64,000 nt of DNA from Amoebidium appalachense (GCA_963693365.1 CAVNZM010000014.1:5580001-5644000), one strand, 5' to 3'. Shown: positions 1 to 14,786, counted from the stretch's first letter. The notes: generated from the sequence alone by a model not told the origin. A program made the numbers and translations.

Positions 1-78
1 GTCTGTCGGAAGGGAGAAGGAGAACTTTTCTTTTCTTCTTTTCAGGCCCCCGAGCGTACACAGATACGCACGGACGCA

Positions 79-540
<462 letters not shown>

Positions 541-618
541 ACGTCTGCGTACGTGCACATTGGTCCGTTTCCCTGAGGTTTTTTCCGTTCTTTTTTTTCT
601 TTTTTTCTTTCTCTCTTT

Positions 619-1420
619 GGGGGGTTTACACACTTTTTATTGCGTGGACACTGCCGGAGGCCCGGCCACATTCGGCGGCCTACTGCGTTTTCCAGCACAG
701 CCAATCAAATGCAGCCAGTGACATATGTACATGCTAGGCAACAATGAGCGCCATCGTAGTATATGACACCCCTATTACATATTATGGGTAAGCAGAGGCT
801 AGCATCGGTAGCTCCGAAAGAAAGTTAAGGCACCGGATCACAATATCATACTGTGCAGCATTAATAAGGTGATCTAGGATAGTCATCTTAAAACGGATAT
901 ATTGAGGAAGAGAGGAAGAAAAGAGAATAAAACCGCCAATAACCCCCGGTTCTAATACATTAGCAAACAGGTTGCATTTATTGATAGATATGCAGCCGCG
1001 AGTAAACCGCCCCGCACACATATTACACATACGAGCAGGAGACACCAGAAACCGATTACACCGCCAAGCCATAATCATCTTTGCGTTTTTACACCACACC
1101 ACATTACGAATAAACGAATCTATGTATGAACGAGACTCTCTAACCGTATCCGCCATATAGGCTACTAGTAGTTGGTGTTTTTGCGGTCCTAACACCGGAA
1201 GGGACTCAACACGTTGAGTAAAAAGATATCTATCAGCCATAGACTTGAAACTATTCATATTCACACTATGATCTAGCCGTACCTCCGGTGGCCGGGGGTC
1301 GCCAGCCATTCCACATAACGCTCGGCAATGGGCAGAGACGATATGGAAGGGAAGAGGTAGAGGGGCGAGTCCGGCGGGGATGCGTGTAGCCGGAAGAGCG
1401 GGTGGTCCGGGGCACAAGCG
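619..1420 (-). mobile_element. 5'-truncated LINE copy (3' part), split by insertion of the full-length LINE
   Basis: The reverse complement matches about 6026-6820 (ORF2 C-terminus ...LPMLASAYP*, 3' UTR and AATAAAAAGTGTGTAAACC end). The homology resumes at 6821-6881. Confidence 0.92.
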
Positions 1421-1584
1421 TTTTTTCTTTCACACACATTTTTTTCTTTCACACGTTTTTTCTTTCACACGTTGTTTTTTTTTTTTGTTTTTTTTTCTTT
1501 CTTTACTTTCTCTACTTAGGCATCGGCCTTTACTTAGGCATCCACTTCTACTTAGGCCCCTTGAGGGGCAGCTAGAACCCACCC

Positions 1585-2730
1585 ATGGCGTCTCAGGACG
1601 CATCCTTGTCCCCGGACCCTCCTGGGACACCGCCTGGGAGCCGCAAACGTGATACACGGGAAGGAGAATCCCCAGATAAGAGGCTAACTAAACTGAGCCG
1701 AGCGGAACAGGTTCCCTTTCCCGAGGTTAAAGCGCCACCGGCCGTGCCGCCAGCAAGTAGTTTTATTACGAAAGAACAACTGCACTTGACACCCGAGAAG
1801 GCTAGGAAATCCGTGCTCAAACTTATGGCGCATCATGAGCAGCTCCGCACGCAAGTCTCCGACTTAACAACCCAAGTAGCTGAGTATAAAGCCAAACAGG
1901 ACCACACAGACCTCCTTGTTCAGCAAATGGAGACGCGCTTACGGCAGCTGGAAGCTGACCGGGCAACCCCCACCGGCCCTGCCCACGCGGGCCCGGCCCC
2001 TGCAGCACAGGCAGCCCCCGATGGGTTACCCACCCCCCCGGGGTCTCCCAAATTCATACCCACAACGAATCCTAAGGTGTACCACACTACGGTGGACGCC
2101 AAGACCGTGTACGTGTCCGAGAAAGTCAAAACGTATGCCGAGTCGGTGGCCCAGACCCACGGGGCTACCCAGGCTTTGGCAGCCCTTGCCGCAGCGTCAG
2201 CACTGCACCCAACCCGCCGCCCTCGGGTGGCGTCTGACCCTGCCCCTCAGGGTACCGACGAGTCCGAGTTGACCACTGCAGCCTTCACCATGGTGCCGGC
2301 CAACATCAGCACCATGCGTGACCGTCTTTACACCCTCGGTGTCCTCAACCAAATGATTCCCGACATGCTCTTCATTGGCCGTCGCTACACAGTGTTCATT
2401 GTGCGTGCCGGCTACCGTGATACCCTCATAAACATCATCCAACGTGCTACCGACGCCACCTTTCTCGCAGACTTCGATCCTACGGCTCCCTACAACACCA
2501 CACTTAACCGTGCTGATGCAGAGGCCGCTGCCCGGGCCTCTTGGCAACGCCGGGTGCTTGCAAGAATGGCCAACGCCCACGCATGGGCTGTCAAGGCAGC
2601 CACACTTTACCCGGCACACGACAGCCGGGCCAACACAGCAGCTGAGGTGCGTGCCTACTGGGAGGCTCAGCACGTGCAGGTCTTCAGCAAGCCCTACGAC
2701 CCCACCGCCGCACCAGCCAACTCCCAGTAA
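1585..2730 (+). CDS. LINE ORF1 (gag-like, coiled-coil) protein, 381 aa
   Basis: Intact ORF ending 2 nt before the ORF2 ATG; heptad-like segment LRTQVSDLTTQVAEYK...LRQLEAD; TYA motif. Confidence 0.82.
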   Translation: MASQDASLSPDPPGTPPGSRKRDTREGESPDKRLTKLSRAEQVPFPEVKAPPAVPPASSFITKEQLHLTPEKARKSVLKLMAHHEQLRTQVSDLTTQVAEYKAKQDHTDLLVQQMETRLRQLEADRATPTGPAHAGPAPAAQAAPDGLPTPPGSPKFIPTTNPKVYHTTVDAKTVYVSEKVKTYAESVAQTHGATQALAALAAASALHPTRRPRVASDPAPQGTDESELTTAAFTMVPANISTMRDRLYTLGVLNQMIPDMLFIGRRYTVFIVRAGYRDTLINIIQRATDATFLADFDPTAPYNTTLNRADAEAAARASWQRRVLARMANAHAWAVKAATLYPAHDSRANTAAEVRAYWEAQHVQVFSKPYDPTAAPANSQ

Positions 2731-2732
2731 GC

Positions 2733-5700
2733 ATGCTCTCCTTTCTTTTCTGGAATGCTCGTAGTCTAAATAAGAGTAAAGCACAGTTTCTTCTTTCGTT
2801 ACCCCAGCAGGAGTTCCCGTTTATTGTTGTCGCAGAAACGTGGTGGCGAGACCACGCCACACTTCGTCGGTCTGGACGGCTCGTGGGCGAGTCTACTCAG
2901 CCTGTGGGCCACAAGCCTCACTCCGGCATAGTGTTCATCGCCGCCTACCACTTTGTTAACCACTGTTCAGTTATAGCACGTACAATACACACACTCACCA
3001 TCTCAGTTTGTGGCCATATATGCACTTTTGTTTATTTTCCACCTAGCCTTCCACTGCTAGCACTTAAACACGAACTTAACACCATCGCCCCACATAACCC
3101 CACACTAGTGTTAGGAGACTTTAATAGCCCACTAATTACCACCCCACACCCCCTACACGGCCACCCACAGGCCCTACTTAAACCCAACCACCCACGCACG
3201 CCAACCTTTCACACTTTTGTTACAGCCTTACGCCTTACTCTTCCATCTGTAGTACAAGAACACCGCACGGACTGGGGGGCAGCCTCTGGTCCTTGCACCT
3301 TACACATACACCACAACCTACACCCCCCACCGTCAGACCACCTACCTATAGTCTTTCGCACTACACTTAGCCTTTCTACGCCGTCACCACAACACACTTA
3401 CAGACGTAACGTACGCGAACTTAAAAGCCAGCGCGGCCAAGCAGACACTCGCTTCTTTTTCCAGACGGTGCAACCGAGTCTATTATCGCTTGTGCGTGAT
3501 GGACGCCAAACCCCACTACGCACCGACCAGACCTTCATCGATAGCGTCTGGTCTACAGTACGAGAAACCTTGTGGGACATAGGTGAATATGCCTGTTTAG
3601 GTGCCCAAGTTTACCCACAAGCACGAACTACACACACTCGCGGCCCTCGAGCGGAGGCTGCCTTACGTAAGCCTCTACCGTATCACATGCTATTGGGTAA
3701 TATTCGGAAGATTGATCGCGGCGATCATTCGATTCGAATAACGGCCGACCCGTCATCCGACCCGGAATCTGCAACCGATTCCTTTTACGGCACCCTGTTT
3801 AAACGTAACCCGACATGTATGGCCACGGACCTGGGGCAGGCGCCCCCTCCTGTTTTTGTTCCACCCTCCGACACACCACCACCACCACACACGGCGTGGC
3901 CAGCGGGGCAGGCTGAGTTTGGGGCTGAATTGGGGGAACTTTTTACCCCAGATGCGGTATGGCAGTTAGTCTCCCGTTACCCGTCCCGCAAAGCGTGCGG
4001 GCCGGACGGCATCCCTATGGCACTACTTAAGGTACTCATCCCACCCCGACCCGAGAAAGACGAAAAGCGTGGCCCGCCGCCACCACTTACATGTATTCTT
4101 AGCGAGTTGTTTAGCTGGTATTCTGATGTCGGTAAAGTGCCCTCGGAGTGGCTAGCCACCTTAGTGTTTCCCATCAAGAAAACGGTTGCACAGGGTCCCA
4201 TCCACGAATTTCGCCCTATCACCCTTACGTCCGTTTTTCGCCGATTATTCGAAAGTGGCCTTTTACAGGCCTTTTCCCGTAACCCCACCCTTAAGCAGGC
4301 TTCCCAGCTGAGCCCTCTTCAGGCGGCGTTTCGGCATCGACACTCATGTTACGCACAAATCCTCACTCTACATAATGCAACTCAAAGTGATACCGAGCAC
4401 CTCGTATTTATCGATTTTAAGAACGCGTACGACACGGTCGACCTCCCTCGCCTGTGGGCCAAGTTGGCCACTCGCGGTGTCCCATTCCAAATGGGTCGGC
4501 TACTGGAAGCTATGTTTACGTTTACACGCGGACGAGCGGTGGTTAATGGGCGGCTATCCCCAGGGTTTACCCGCACGCGCGGGGTACTTCAAGGGTCCCT
4601 GCTAAGTCCTCTTCTTTTCAACCTGTATATTGATGATTTAGCCGACACTCTTTCTGCGGCACAAATTGACGGGGGGTTGCCATCCCAGGCACCCCCCGCC
4701 CCTCTTTTTTGCCGACGATATTGTGCTTATGTCATCCGATCCTCTCGAACTACGGCAATACATTCGTGTGGTTGAACATTGGTGCCAGCGCAACGATATG
4801 CAGATTAATGTCAAAAAGTGTGCCCTTTTATCAAAATCGATACCGGCATGGGACGACGTTTGTATTCTCGGGCGGCCAGTCCCCTCCCTCGCCCAATCGA
4901 ATACAAGTATTTGGGGATTCCGGTGGACGAATGGGGCATATGTTTCAAACGGATGATCGACCGTCGGGTGGAGAGTGCAGGCAGGTGTCTTCGGTTATCT
5001 CGGGATGTGTATCTTGCTACTCTTTCTCATACTGTCCACCTGACATATACTAATCCGTCTCAGCAGATTAGCCTAAGTCTACGATCGAGATCGGGGGGGG
5101 GGGGGGGGTGGCCCGGGTCCACAGATCATCAAGATCAAGTCCGGGGCCTCAAGATAGCTGTACAGCTGCGTGCATCTTGCCTCTGCCGGCGCAGGGCAGT
5201 GGACCACGTCAGCCGGGGCAGCCGACCAATAGAATTCTAATTAGTGTGTAGGATAGATCGTAGGAGGACTTAGGAATGTGATTGTTCGGGCAGAAGCCCT
5301 TTTGTAAGTATTGGCAAGGTTTGATAGTGTATGTTGCCAAACGTATTTATATATTTAGATGTAGAGGAAAGGGGGGGAGGGAGGGGGGGGGAGGATAGTA
5401 TGAAATGTAGATTTAGACTCTGCGGTGCCACTAGGGGGAGGGTGAGGGGTGAGACATGGATAAATATATTAGTTGAGTAGATCGACTTAGCTCGTGCAGG
5501 CGCACGATAAAAGTAGATTGGAATGTTTGGAATGTGGCATCGTAGGGGGCCAGGTGATGATGATCTTTGAGGGCACGGCCTTGATGGCCTCAGTTGTAAC
5601 TTAGTCTCATTCCGTACGGATCTAAGTTTGCCCGTCGGAGCCTGGTCTGAATAAACTTTACCGTTTTTCCGTACACGTTCGTTCCTTTTCGTGTGTGTAC

Positions 5701-6659
5701 ACTTAGTAGAGTGCCGCGTCTCTAGTACATATACATTAGGGTACGACACCGGTGACCTATACAATCGTCTTAGTATATTTCGCACATATATTCGCCCTTT
5801 GTCGGAATACGGGTTGCCCTTACTAGCTATGGCACCCCCTGATACTGTTACTAATGTCCTCAAATCATTAGATGATTTCCATTACACAACTTGTTGTATG
5901 TTTCTCACTGGTCTTTCCACACCTATCCCTAGACGCCTTTTTGATTCTCTCTACGCACTCACACCACCATCACAACGCGTACACGAATTAGCCCTTAAAT
6001 TTCACGAGCACATCACCCGCCTGTCCGCTTGTGCCCCGGACCACCCGCTCTTCCGGCTACACGCATCCCCACCGGATTCGCCCCTCTACCTCTTCCCTTC
6101 CCCATCGTCTCTGCCCATTGCCGAGCGCTATGTGGAATGGCTGGCGACCCCCCCGGAGGTACGGCTAGATCATAGTGTGAATATGAATAGTTTCAAGTCT
6201 ATGGCTGATAGATATCTTTTTACTCTACGTGTTGAGTCCCTTCCGGTGTTAGGACCGCAAAAACACCAACTACTAGTAGCCTATATGGCGGATACGGTTA
6301 GAGAGTCTCGTTCATACATAGATTCGTTTATTCGTAATGTGGTGTGGTGTAAAAACGCAAAGATGATTATGGCTTGGCGGTCTAATTGGTTTCTGGTGTC
6401 TCCTGCTCGTATGTGTAATATGTGTGGGGGGCGGTTTACTCGCGGCTGCATATCTATCAATGAATGCAACCTGTTAGCTAATGTATTAGAACCGGAGGTT
6501 ATTGGCGGTTTTATTCTCTTTTCTTCCTCTCTTCCTCAATATATCCGTTTTAAGATGACTATCCTAGATCACCTTATTAATGCTGCACAGTATGATATTG
6601 TGATCCGGTGCCTTAACTTTCTTTCGGAGCTACCGATGCTAGCATCTGCTTACCCATAA
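2733..6659 (+). pseudogene. LINE ORF2: APE endonuclease plus reverse transcriptase, frameshifted and interrupted by a solo LTR
   Basis: APE motifs WNARSL, VAETW, LGDFN, SDHLPI; RT motifs GPDGIP, FRPITL, FIDFKNAYD, GVLQGSLLSPLLF, FADD (after a frameshift near 4700), YKYLG (second shift near 4890), RPLSEYG; C-terminal Cys motif CNMC...C...C. Confidence 0.92.
5041..5748 (+). mobile_element. Solo LTR of the Ty3/Gypsy family found at 41532-49910
   Basis: TGACATATAC...GTACGACA (TG...CA), 708 bp; close reverse-complement match to the LTRs at 41532-42248 and 49196-49910; TATA-like TATTTATATAT near 5344. Confidence 0.93.
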
Positions 6660-6820
6660 TATGTAATAGGGGTGTCAGATACTACGATGGCGCTCATTGT
6701 TGCCTAGCATGTACATATGTCACTGGCTGCATTTGATTGGCTGTGCTGGAAAACGCAGTAGGCCGTCGAATGTTGGCTGGGCCTCCGGCAATGTCCACGC
6801 AATAAAAAAGTGTGTAAACC

Positions 6821-6881
6821 CACAAGCGGACAGGCGGGTGATGTGCTCGTGAAATTTAAGGGCTAATTCGTGTACGCGTTG
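6821..6881 (-). mobile_element. 5' remainder of the truncated antisense LINE copy (includes the right TSD)
   Basis: cacaagcggacaggcgggtgatgtgctcgtgaaatttaagggctaattcgtgtacgcgttg is the reverse complement of about 5973-6033 and continues 619-1420. Confidence 0.9.
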
Positions 6882-7611
6882 GTGTTCTCTCTTTCAATTG
6901 TGCCCGCTAGAGTAGTGATCGAGTGGAACACCTAGGTGTATGGCACCATCCAGTAGTATTGTGAGGTTATAACAGGGTTTAAAACAAAGAGGTGTCTCTT
7001 TTCTATATACTAAACTATGCGTCACGGCGATCTACAAACGTGATATATATTTTAAACCCATTTTATCTCAATCTTTAAAAGTGCTCTCTTCACGGCCAAT
7101 CATTGCCCTTACGTCTTCACCTCAGCCAATCACAAGCATTAAACAGCGTTTTTGATTATGCATGACTTATGGCGAATCAACGAAAGGTGATAGCTTACGT
7201 AGTTTTTTGCAACGTAAGGAAGATGATCATTTTGAGTTTTGACCCGAACCTTGGAGAATTTCTTTGATTCGACCCAGAATCATCGGGTCATCTGAACAGT
7301 TTCACTTCTGAACCGAACCGGTTCTTACCTAGCCTGCCGCCTACACCTACACCTGAGCTACAACCAATGAACATAGTCCAAACTCTTGCAAATGATTGGT
7401 ACACCTTATTTCAGGCGCCAACACAACACGGCAGTGGCGCGCAGAGTTTGTGGTGTTCGTGAAACCAGTGTACCGTTTCGTCCCAACTAGTGGCAACAAT
7501 ATGGCACCCAACGCGACTTTTGGTCAGTCTAAAAAGGCAGCAGGTTGTGCACGGTTTTTTTTTATAGTTGTGCAAATGTGCTAACTCGGGTCCTTACACA
7601 TAGGGGAAGAC

Positions 7612-9019
<1,408 letters not shown>

Positions 9020-9450
9020 TAGATTTCAGGCCGTTTGTGGGCCATATCCTGCGTCGCGTAAGGCAATTAATGATTTCATCAACGCAAAGTTTGCTAAACC
9101 TCGCATAGTCCTGCTTGCAGCCTAACATGCATATCAGACCCAGCGGCTGTGGTGTAGACAGAGTTTCCTGCCTGGTTAGACTTTTAGCGTGCATGTTCTT
9201 CTAGATTATGTAAGAATGGCTACTACGTTTAAGCCAGCCCAATATATTCGTTTAACAAAGATGCCCCCCCCCCCCCCCCCCCCCCCCTCCCTTTTTCTGG
9301 GTGGAGTGGTGGTACATAGGGGTTTTTTCCTTTGGATGATGAGCTTTTTTTGCCTCGAGATGTATCGTAAGTTCTATGAAAGTTCTAATCATAACTATAC
9401 TGTAATATGCAGCTTATAATGTGTGGTCTCCCTACTTTGTGTCTTTCAGT

Positions 9451-9481
<31 letters not shown>

Positions 9482-9692
9482 GGAGGGGGGGGGGGGGGTA
9501 GCAATCCGTTTAGTATGATTTCTTCTTGATGTGGCAGGCATGTGACACGTAACGCTTGGCCCGACTGACTGATCAATGCCCCTGTATATCTTACCCAATG
9601 TAACGGAAACCAAACAAATAACCACTGCATGAACAAGCATAGTTCCCCCACTGCATGTGGCACTATCATGTGGCTGAGTAAAATAACTATCT

Positions 9693-9806
9693 CTATGTCA
9701 GAGCGGACGATCTCACAGGGCTCTTTGATCCCCCCCCCCCCAAATCCCAACCCCACCACCACCACCCCATAACACCACCCTGATATGCTGCTACCGGTAC
9801 CCCTGC

Positions 9807-9874
<68 letters not shown>

Positions 9875-10670
9875 TTCCCCCCCCCCCCCCCCAAAAAACA
9901 CCAGCACTATCACTTCTAGCCCTACCGCCCGTGACACCACCATGAAATGCCACGCCTGTCTCTCTCTGCTCCCTCCTCCCCTACGTACGAATCACGTACC
10001 TGACCCGCTCACAAGACTGGGGTGCTGCCCCGGGTTAAATTTTACGGATGTTTGACAATGAGTGTTGTGTTAGCGATTAATAAGGGAACCTCTTGGTACA
10101 TTGTACATTGGTGTGTATTGGGAGACGGTGGCTCCTTTGCGGCTCAGCGTCCTGCGCGCGTGAATTTCAAACGGCTTAGAAGCATAAAATATGGAATAAA
10201 ATCTCCACACACATACCCATGGCTCCACCAGAACGTGGCTCAGTAACATGTACTGTAACATCTAATGTACGGACTATCTCACGGGCCTCTTTGATCCCCC
10301 CCCCCCCCCTCCCCCCCCCCCTCCCCCCCCTTCCCTCCCCCCCCCCCCCCCCCCCCCCCCAAGAATCCCCTTCCCCATAACACCAGCACTATCACTTCTA
10401 CCCCTACCACTCCGAAACAGCACCATGAAATGCCACCCCCTCCCCCCCCCCCCCCCCCCCCCCCCCCTCCTAAAGCACGGTGAATATGTTAGACCATTAG
10501 TGGTGTATTAGCGACTAATAATGGAACCTCTTACAGTGGTACATTGTACATTAGTGTGTATAAGGAGACGGTGGCTCCTTTGAGGCTGTAAGTGTCCTGC
10601 GCGCGATGATTTCAAGTGGGATAAAATATGCAACTTAAATTTTCCACCGTCACATACCCACCGTCACATA
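9693..10670. repeat. Imperfect tandem duplication (two units of about 400-570 bp with poly-C spacers)
   Basis: Blocks ggctctttgatcccc, caccagcactatcacttcta...caccatgaaatgccac and ggtacattgtacatt...ggagacggtggctcctttg each occur twice in the same order. Confidence 0.8.
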
Positions 10671-11226
10671 CCCCGTAACTTCAAATGCAACAACCTGCAG
10701 CTGTACATGCTCCCCTGCAATCCCTCGGTTGTTGTTGTGGTTTGTGTGTATTTGTTTATGTGTGTGGGGGGGGGGGGGGGGGGGGGGGAGGGGGGGGGGG
10801 AGAGGGGGGGAGAGGGAGGGGGGGGGGGGGGGGGGGGGGGATAAGATTGGGTGGCCGTGGGGCTACCCAAACTCAAAGATGCTAGCATATTACTCTCCAT
10901 TGCCCCCTGTAAGCCTTCTCTTAAATCTCTTTTGCAACTGCCGATCTTAGCACATGGCATGCATTGCCCAGTGCGCAAGGCATATGAAATACCTAGAATT
11001 CCGACGTTTGCACCCCCATGCGATTGGGAACTGCCAGTGAAGTTTAGATATCATGCCTTCTCCCATTCCCCCCTCCCCCCCAAAGGAGGGCGGTAAAAAA
11101 CATCGGGAAATGTCACGCACACACCACACACACAGTGCCACGATTCGTGGCAAATCCGTTGTGCCCACATGCCATAGTAATTAAAACACAAAGATTGCTA
11201 ATGACATATAATATAAAACGCGCGCG

Positions 11227-11279
<53 letters not shown>

Positions 11280-11463
11280 CATTGCACCCACCCACACCCA
11301 CATAATCAGTGCATCGATATCCACACATGCACACTGTGGCACGAGCACACCGGCACACATACCAGATATGCATACACAAAATATAGTACACAAGTATGTC
11401 GTGGGTACTCATCACCAATCTCGATATCCTCTTCCACAGCTCCCCTCCGACATACACTCACAG

Positions 11464-11502
<39 letters not shown>

Positions 11503-11686
11503 TCCCCCCCCCCCCCCCCCCCCCCCCCCGTTTAGCCCGTTCTGCAACCTCCCGTGCACATAGAGTCAGCAACCACGAATAAGAGGCTCCAACGAGATAT
11601 TTGTGTACTATATTTTGTGTATGCATTTTTATCAAGAAACTTTCTGAGGAGTCACATATAAATCGAAGGAGCGGGAGGGGGGAGGT

Positions 11687-11722
<36 letters not shown>

Positions 11723-11807
11723 TGCTGGTGCACGTTGGGAAAGGGAGGGAGGATGGGCCAGGAGGGGGGATGGGCCGGGGGTTCACGTTCGCCACGTTGT
11801 ACTGGCT

Positions 11808-11840
<33 letters not shown>

Positions 11841-12699
11841 GTGCATGTGCCTGCGTCCTTTTGCGATGTGTACGCATGACGGGTGTTCACATGCACAAAG
11901 AAAGAGTGGCTAGTAACACATATTGTCAAAAACACACACAATCCCGTGGTGGTCAACTCGTTTGCCTCAAGGCACTGTCACGGATGGACACTCTCGTGCT
12001 TGCAGCCTTAGTGGTAGGTCTTTATTATCAGGACCATGTCCTATCATGTCTACAATCCAATGTTTCTTGTTATTAAACTTTACTCTATTTACGTAAACGG
12101 TTGTTTTGTGTGCTTACGTATACAAAGGTGCTCTGGTCGTGAGTGTTATGCAGGAATATAGGAGAAGGTATGGGGAACCGCGTATACCGGTATCACCATA
12201 ACATCAAGAAACATGTCTACAATCCCATGTGACGAACGTTTAAGCAAAGCTATCCTATCCAACCCAACTGTGTTATCCCCTTGAATCCGACTGACAAACC
12301 CAGATCAATCGGTTCTAGTAGTCACAGCGTAGTGCACACAGGTGGCCAAGTGTACTGTTGGACCTGTGCCCCCCCCCCCCCCCCCCCCCTTCTCTCGGGG
12401 ATGACGGACAAGAGAAAACCCAAAGAGAAACCATGCACGAGATAGCCTTGAGAGGAGAGGACACAAACCATCTGAACAACAAGCATGCAGAACATGCAAG
12501 CCCAACTGCATCAGTACTACAGACTGGGTGGTGCAGCAGGCCTTGAGCGCAGCAGCCGATCCGGAATGTCCTCCTTCTTGTGTTCCGCTACCCACAGCGG
12601 CTTGCCCTGTGACCATGTGACGGTCGCGCCCCCAGTCTTGGAAACTGTGAAGACGAATTCTATATCAGGCAAGACTCTCAGTAATACTCGGGGGGGGGG

Positions 12700-12796
12700 G
12701 GGGTCGGTAATCACTTGCAAGCAATCACCTCACCGACCGGCCATAACCTAGGGGCCTCCAACTTCTCCCTCTGTCGATAGCTGTATGTGTCGTAGT

Positions 12797-12878
<82 letters not shown>

Positions 12879-13979
12879 TGGGAGGAGAAGTTAAGGATAG
12901 AAAGGTGCAAAGGTATAAAGGTGTAAAGGTATAAAGGTACAAAGGTATAGAGGTACAAAGGTATAAAGGTGTAAAGGTATAAGGTAGAGTTGTAGATAAG
13001 TAGAAAGTAGCAAGGGATCAGGAAAATGGCACAAGATGATACGGGGCTGAATGTCGTGTTGGTGTGTTGTGTCGCATGCGTTCATGTGCGCACACCGTGT
13101 TTGTGCTCTTGAAGGTGGGAGGGGGGTAGGGGGGGTTTGAATGCGTCAAAAAGTACGAAGTACACAAGAACAAACGGATAACACGATGCAGAATGCAAAG
13201 AAGAAATGATAAATATCGAAGAAGAGGGGGGGAGGGGGGGAGGTGAGAACCATAGGAGACGTATAGGGTAGAAAGGTACAAAGGTGGGAAAGGTAGAACA
13301 GATTATGTGTGTGTGTGCTTGTGTGCGATGTGCACGTGTGAGTGTGTGAGGGATTCGGGGAGGGGGGGGTGTACTCACCGACCGGCCATAACCTAGGGGC
13401 CTTTAACATCTCCCTCTGTCGATAGCTGTAGGTGTCGTACCTGTGTGTGTGAGTGTGAGTGTGAGTGTGAGTGTGAGTGTGAGTGTGAGTGTGAGTGTGA
13501 GTGAGTGTGAGTGAGTGAGTGAGTGTGTGTGTGTGTGTGTATGTGTGAGTGAGTGAGTGAGTGTGTGTGTGTGTGTGTGTGTCGCTGCCCGCAAGATCAT
13601 GTGTCGTGTGCGATGAGAGGAGTAGATGGAGAGAGGGGAGAGAAGTTATGATAAATATTGAACGAGGACCGGGTATGTGTATGTGTGTGTGTGTGTGTGG
13701 AAGGAGACGTAAAGGGATGGAAATGCATAAAGGTATTAAGGTGTAAAGGTATAAAGCGTACAAAGGTGTAAAGGTATAAAAGTGTAAAGGTGCAAAGATA
13801 CAAAGGTATAAAGGTAGAGTTGTAGATAGGTAGGAAAGTAGCAAGGGAGCAAGTAGGGAAAAGGCACAAGAGGAGATGGGGCAGTATGTCGTGTGCATGT
13901 ACGCACACAGTGTTTATGCCTTTGGGAGGAGGGAGGGGGAAGAAAGGAAAGAAGAAATGATAAATATTGAAACAGAGGG

Positions 13980-14019
<40 letters not shown>

Positions 14020-14245
14020 GGACATCCATCATAGGGCACGTAAAGGATAGAAAGGTACAAAGATGGAAAGGTAGAACAGATTTTGTATGCGCGTGTCCGT
14101 GTGTGAGATGTGCACGTGTGTGTGCGAGGGTATTGGGGGAGGGGGGGGGGGGTCTAATTGCTTGCAAGCAATCACCTCACACCGACCGGCCATAACCTAG
14201 GGGCCTCCAACTTCTCCCTCTGGCGATAGCTGTATGTGTTGTAGC

Positions 14246-14311
<66 letters not shown>

Positions 14312-14424
14312 CTGTTTGTGGCTGCTCGCAAGATCGTATGTGGTGTGCGATGGAAGGTGTGGGTAGAGAGGGGGGAGAGATGTTATGATAAATATTGAAC
14401 GAGGAACGGGTATGTGTACACACA

Positions 14425-14492
<68 letters not shown>

Positions 14493-14528
14493 TGTGTGTG
14501 TGTCTGTGTGTGTGCGTGTGTGTTGGGT

Positions 14529-14563
<35 letters not shown>

Positions 14564-14786
14564 GAGGGTAGGGGTGGTAGGAGACATAGAGGATAGAAAG
14601 GTGCAAAGGTATAAAGGTACAAAGGTCTAAAGTAACAAAGGTATAAAGGTATTATGGTCTAAAGTAACAAAGGTACAAAGGTGTAAAGGTACAAAGGTAC
14701 TAAAGTATAAAGGTACAAAGGTGTAAAGGTAGGTATAATGGTAGAGTTGTATGTAAAACGTTGAAAAGAAGCAAGGGAGCAGGAAA

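Larger units (their letters stand above)
1421..6820 (+). mobile_element. Full-length non-LTR retrotransposon (LINE; ORF1 plus APE-RT ORF2)
   Basis: 8-bp TSD CACAAGCG at 1413-1420 and 6821-6828; two-ORF layout; T-rich repetitive 5' UTR; 3' end AATAAAAAAGTGTGTAAACC. Confidence 0.93.

Noticed and set aside
25-61. Possible 10-nt micro-exon (ttttcag|gcccccgagc|gtacac)
   Set aside because: At the window edge with no partner exons to test.
782-1417. Independent 211-aa gene or terminal inverted repeat of the LINE
   Set aside because: Explained as a truncated antisense LINE copy split by the insertion, with the TSD visible.
1513-1557. TTAGGC telomere-like repeats
   Set aside because: Only three non-adjacent copies within the LINE 5' UTR.
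5270-5863. ORF ...LRPSRPCPQRSSSPGP... seen three times (also 41604 and 49268)
   Set aside because: It lies antisense within LTR copies and frames differ between copies, so it is not a gene.
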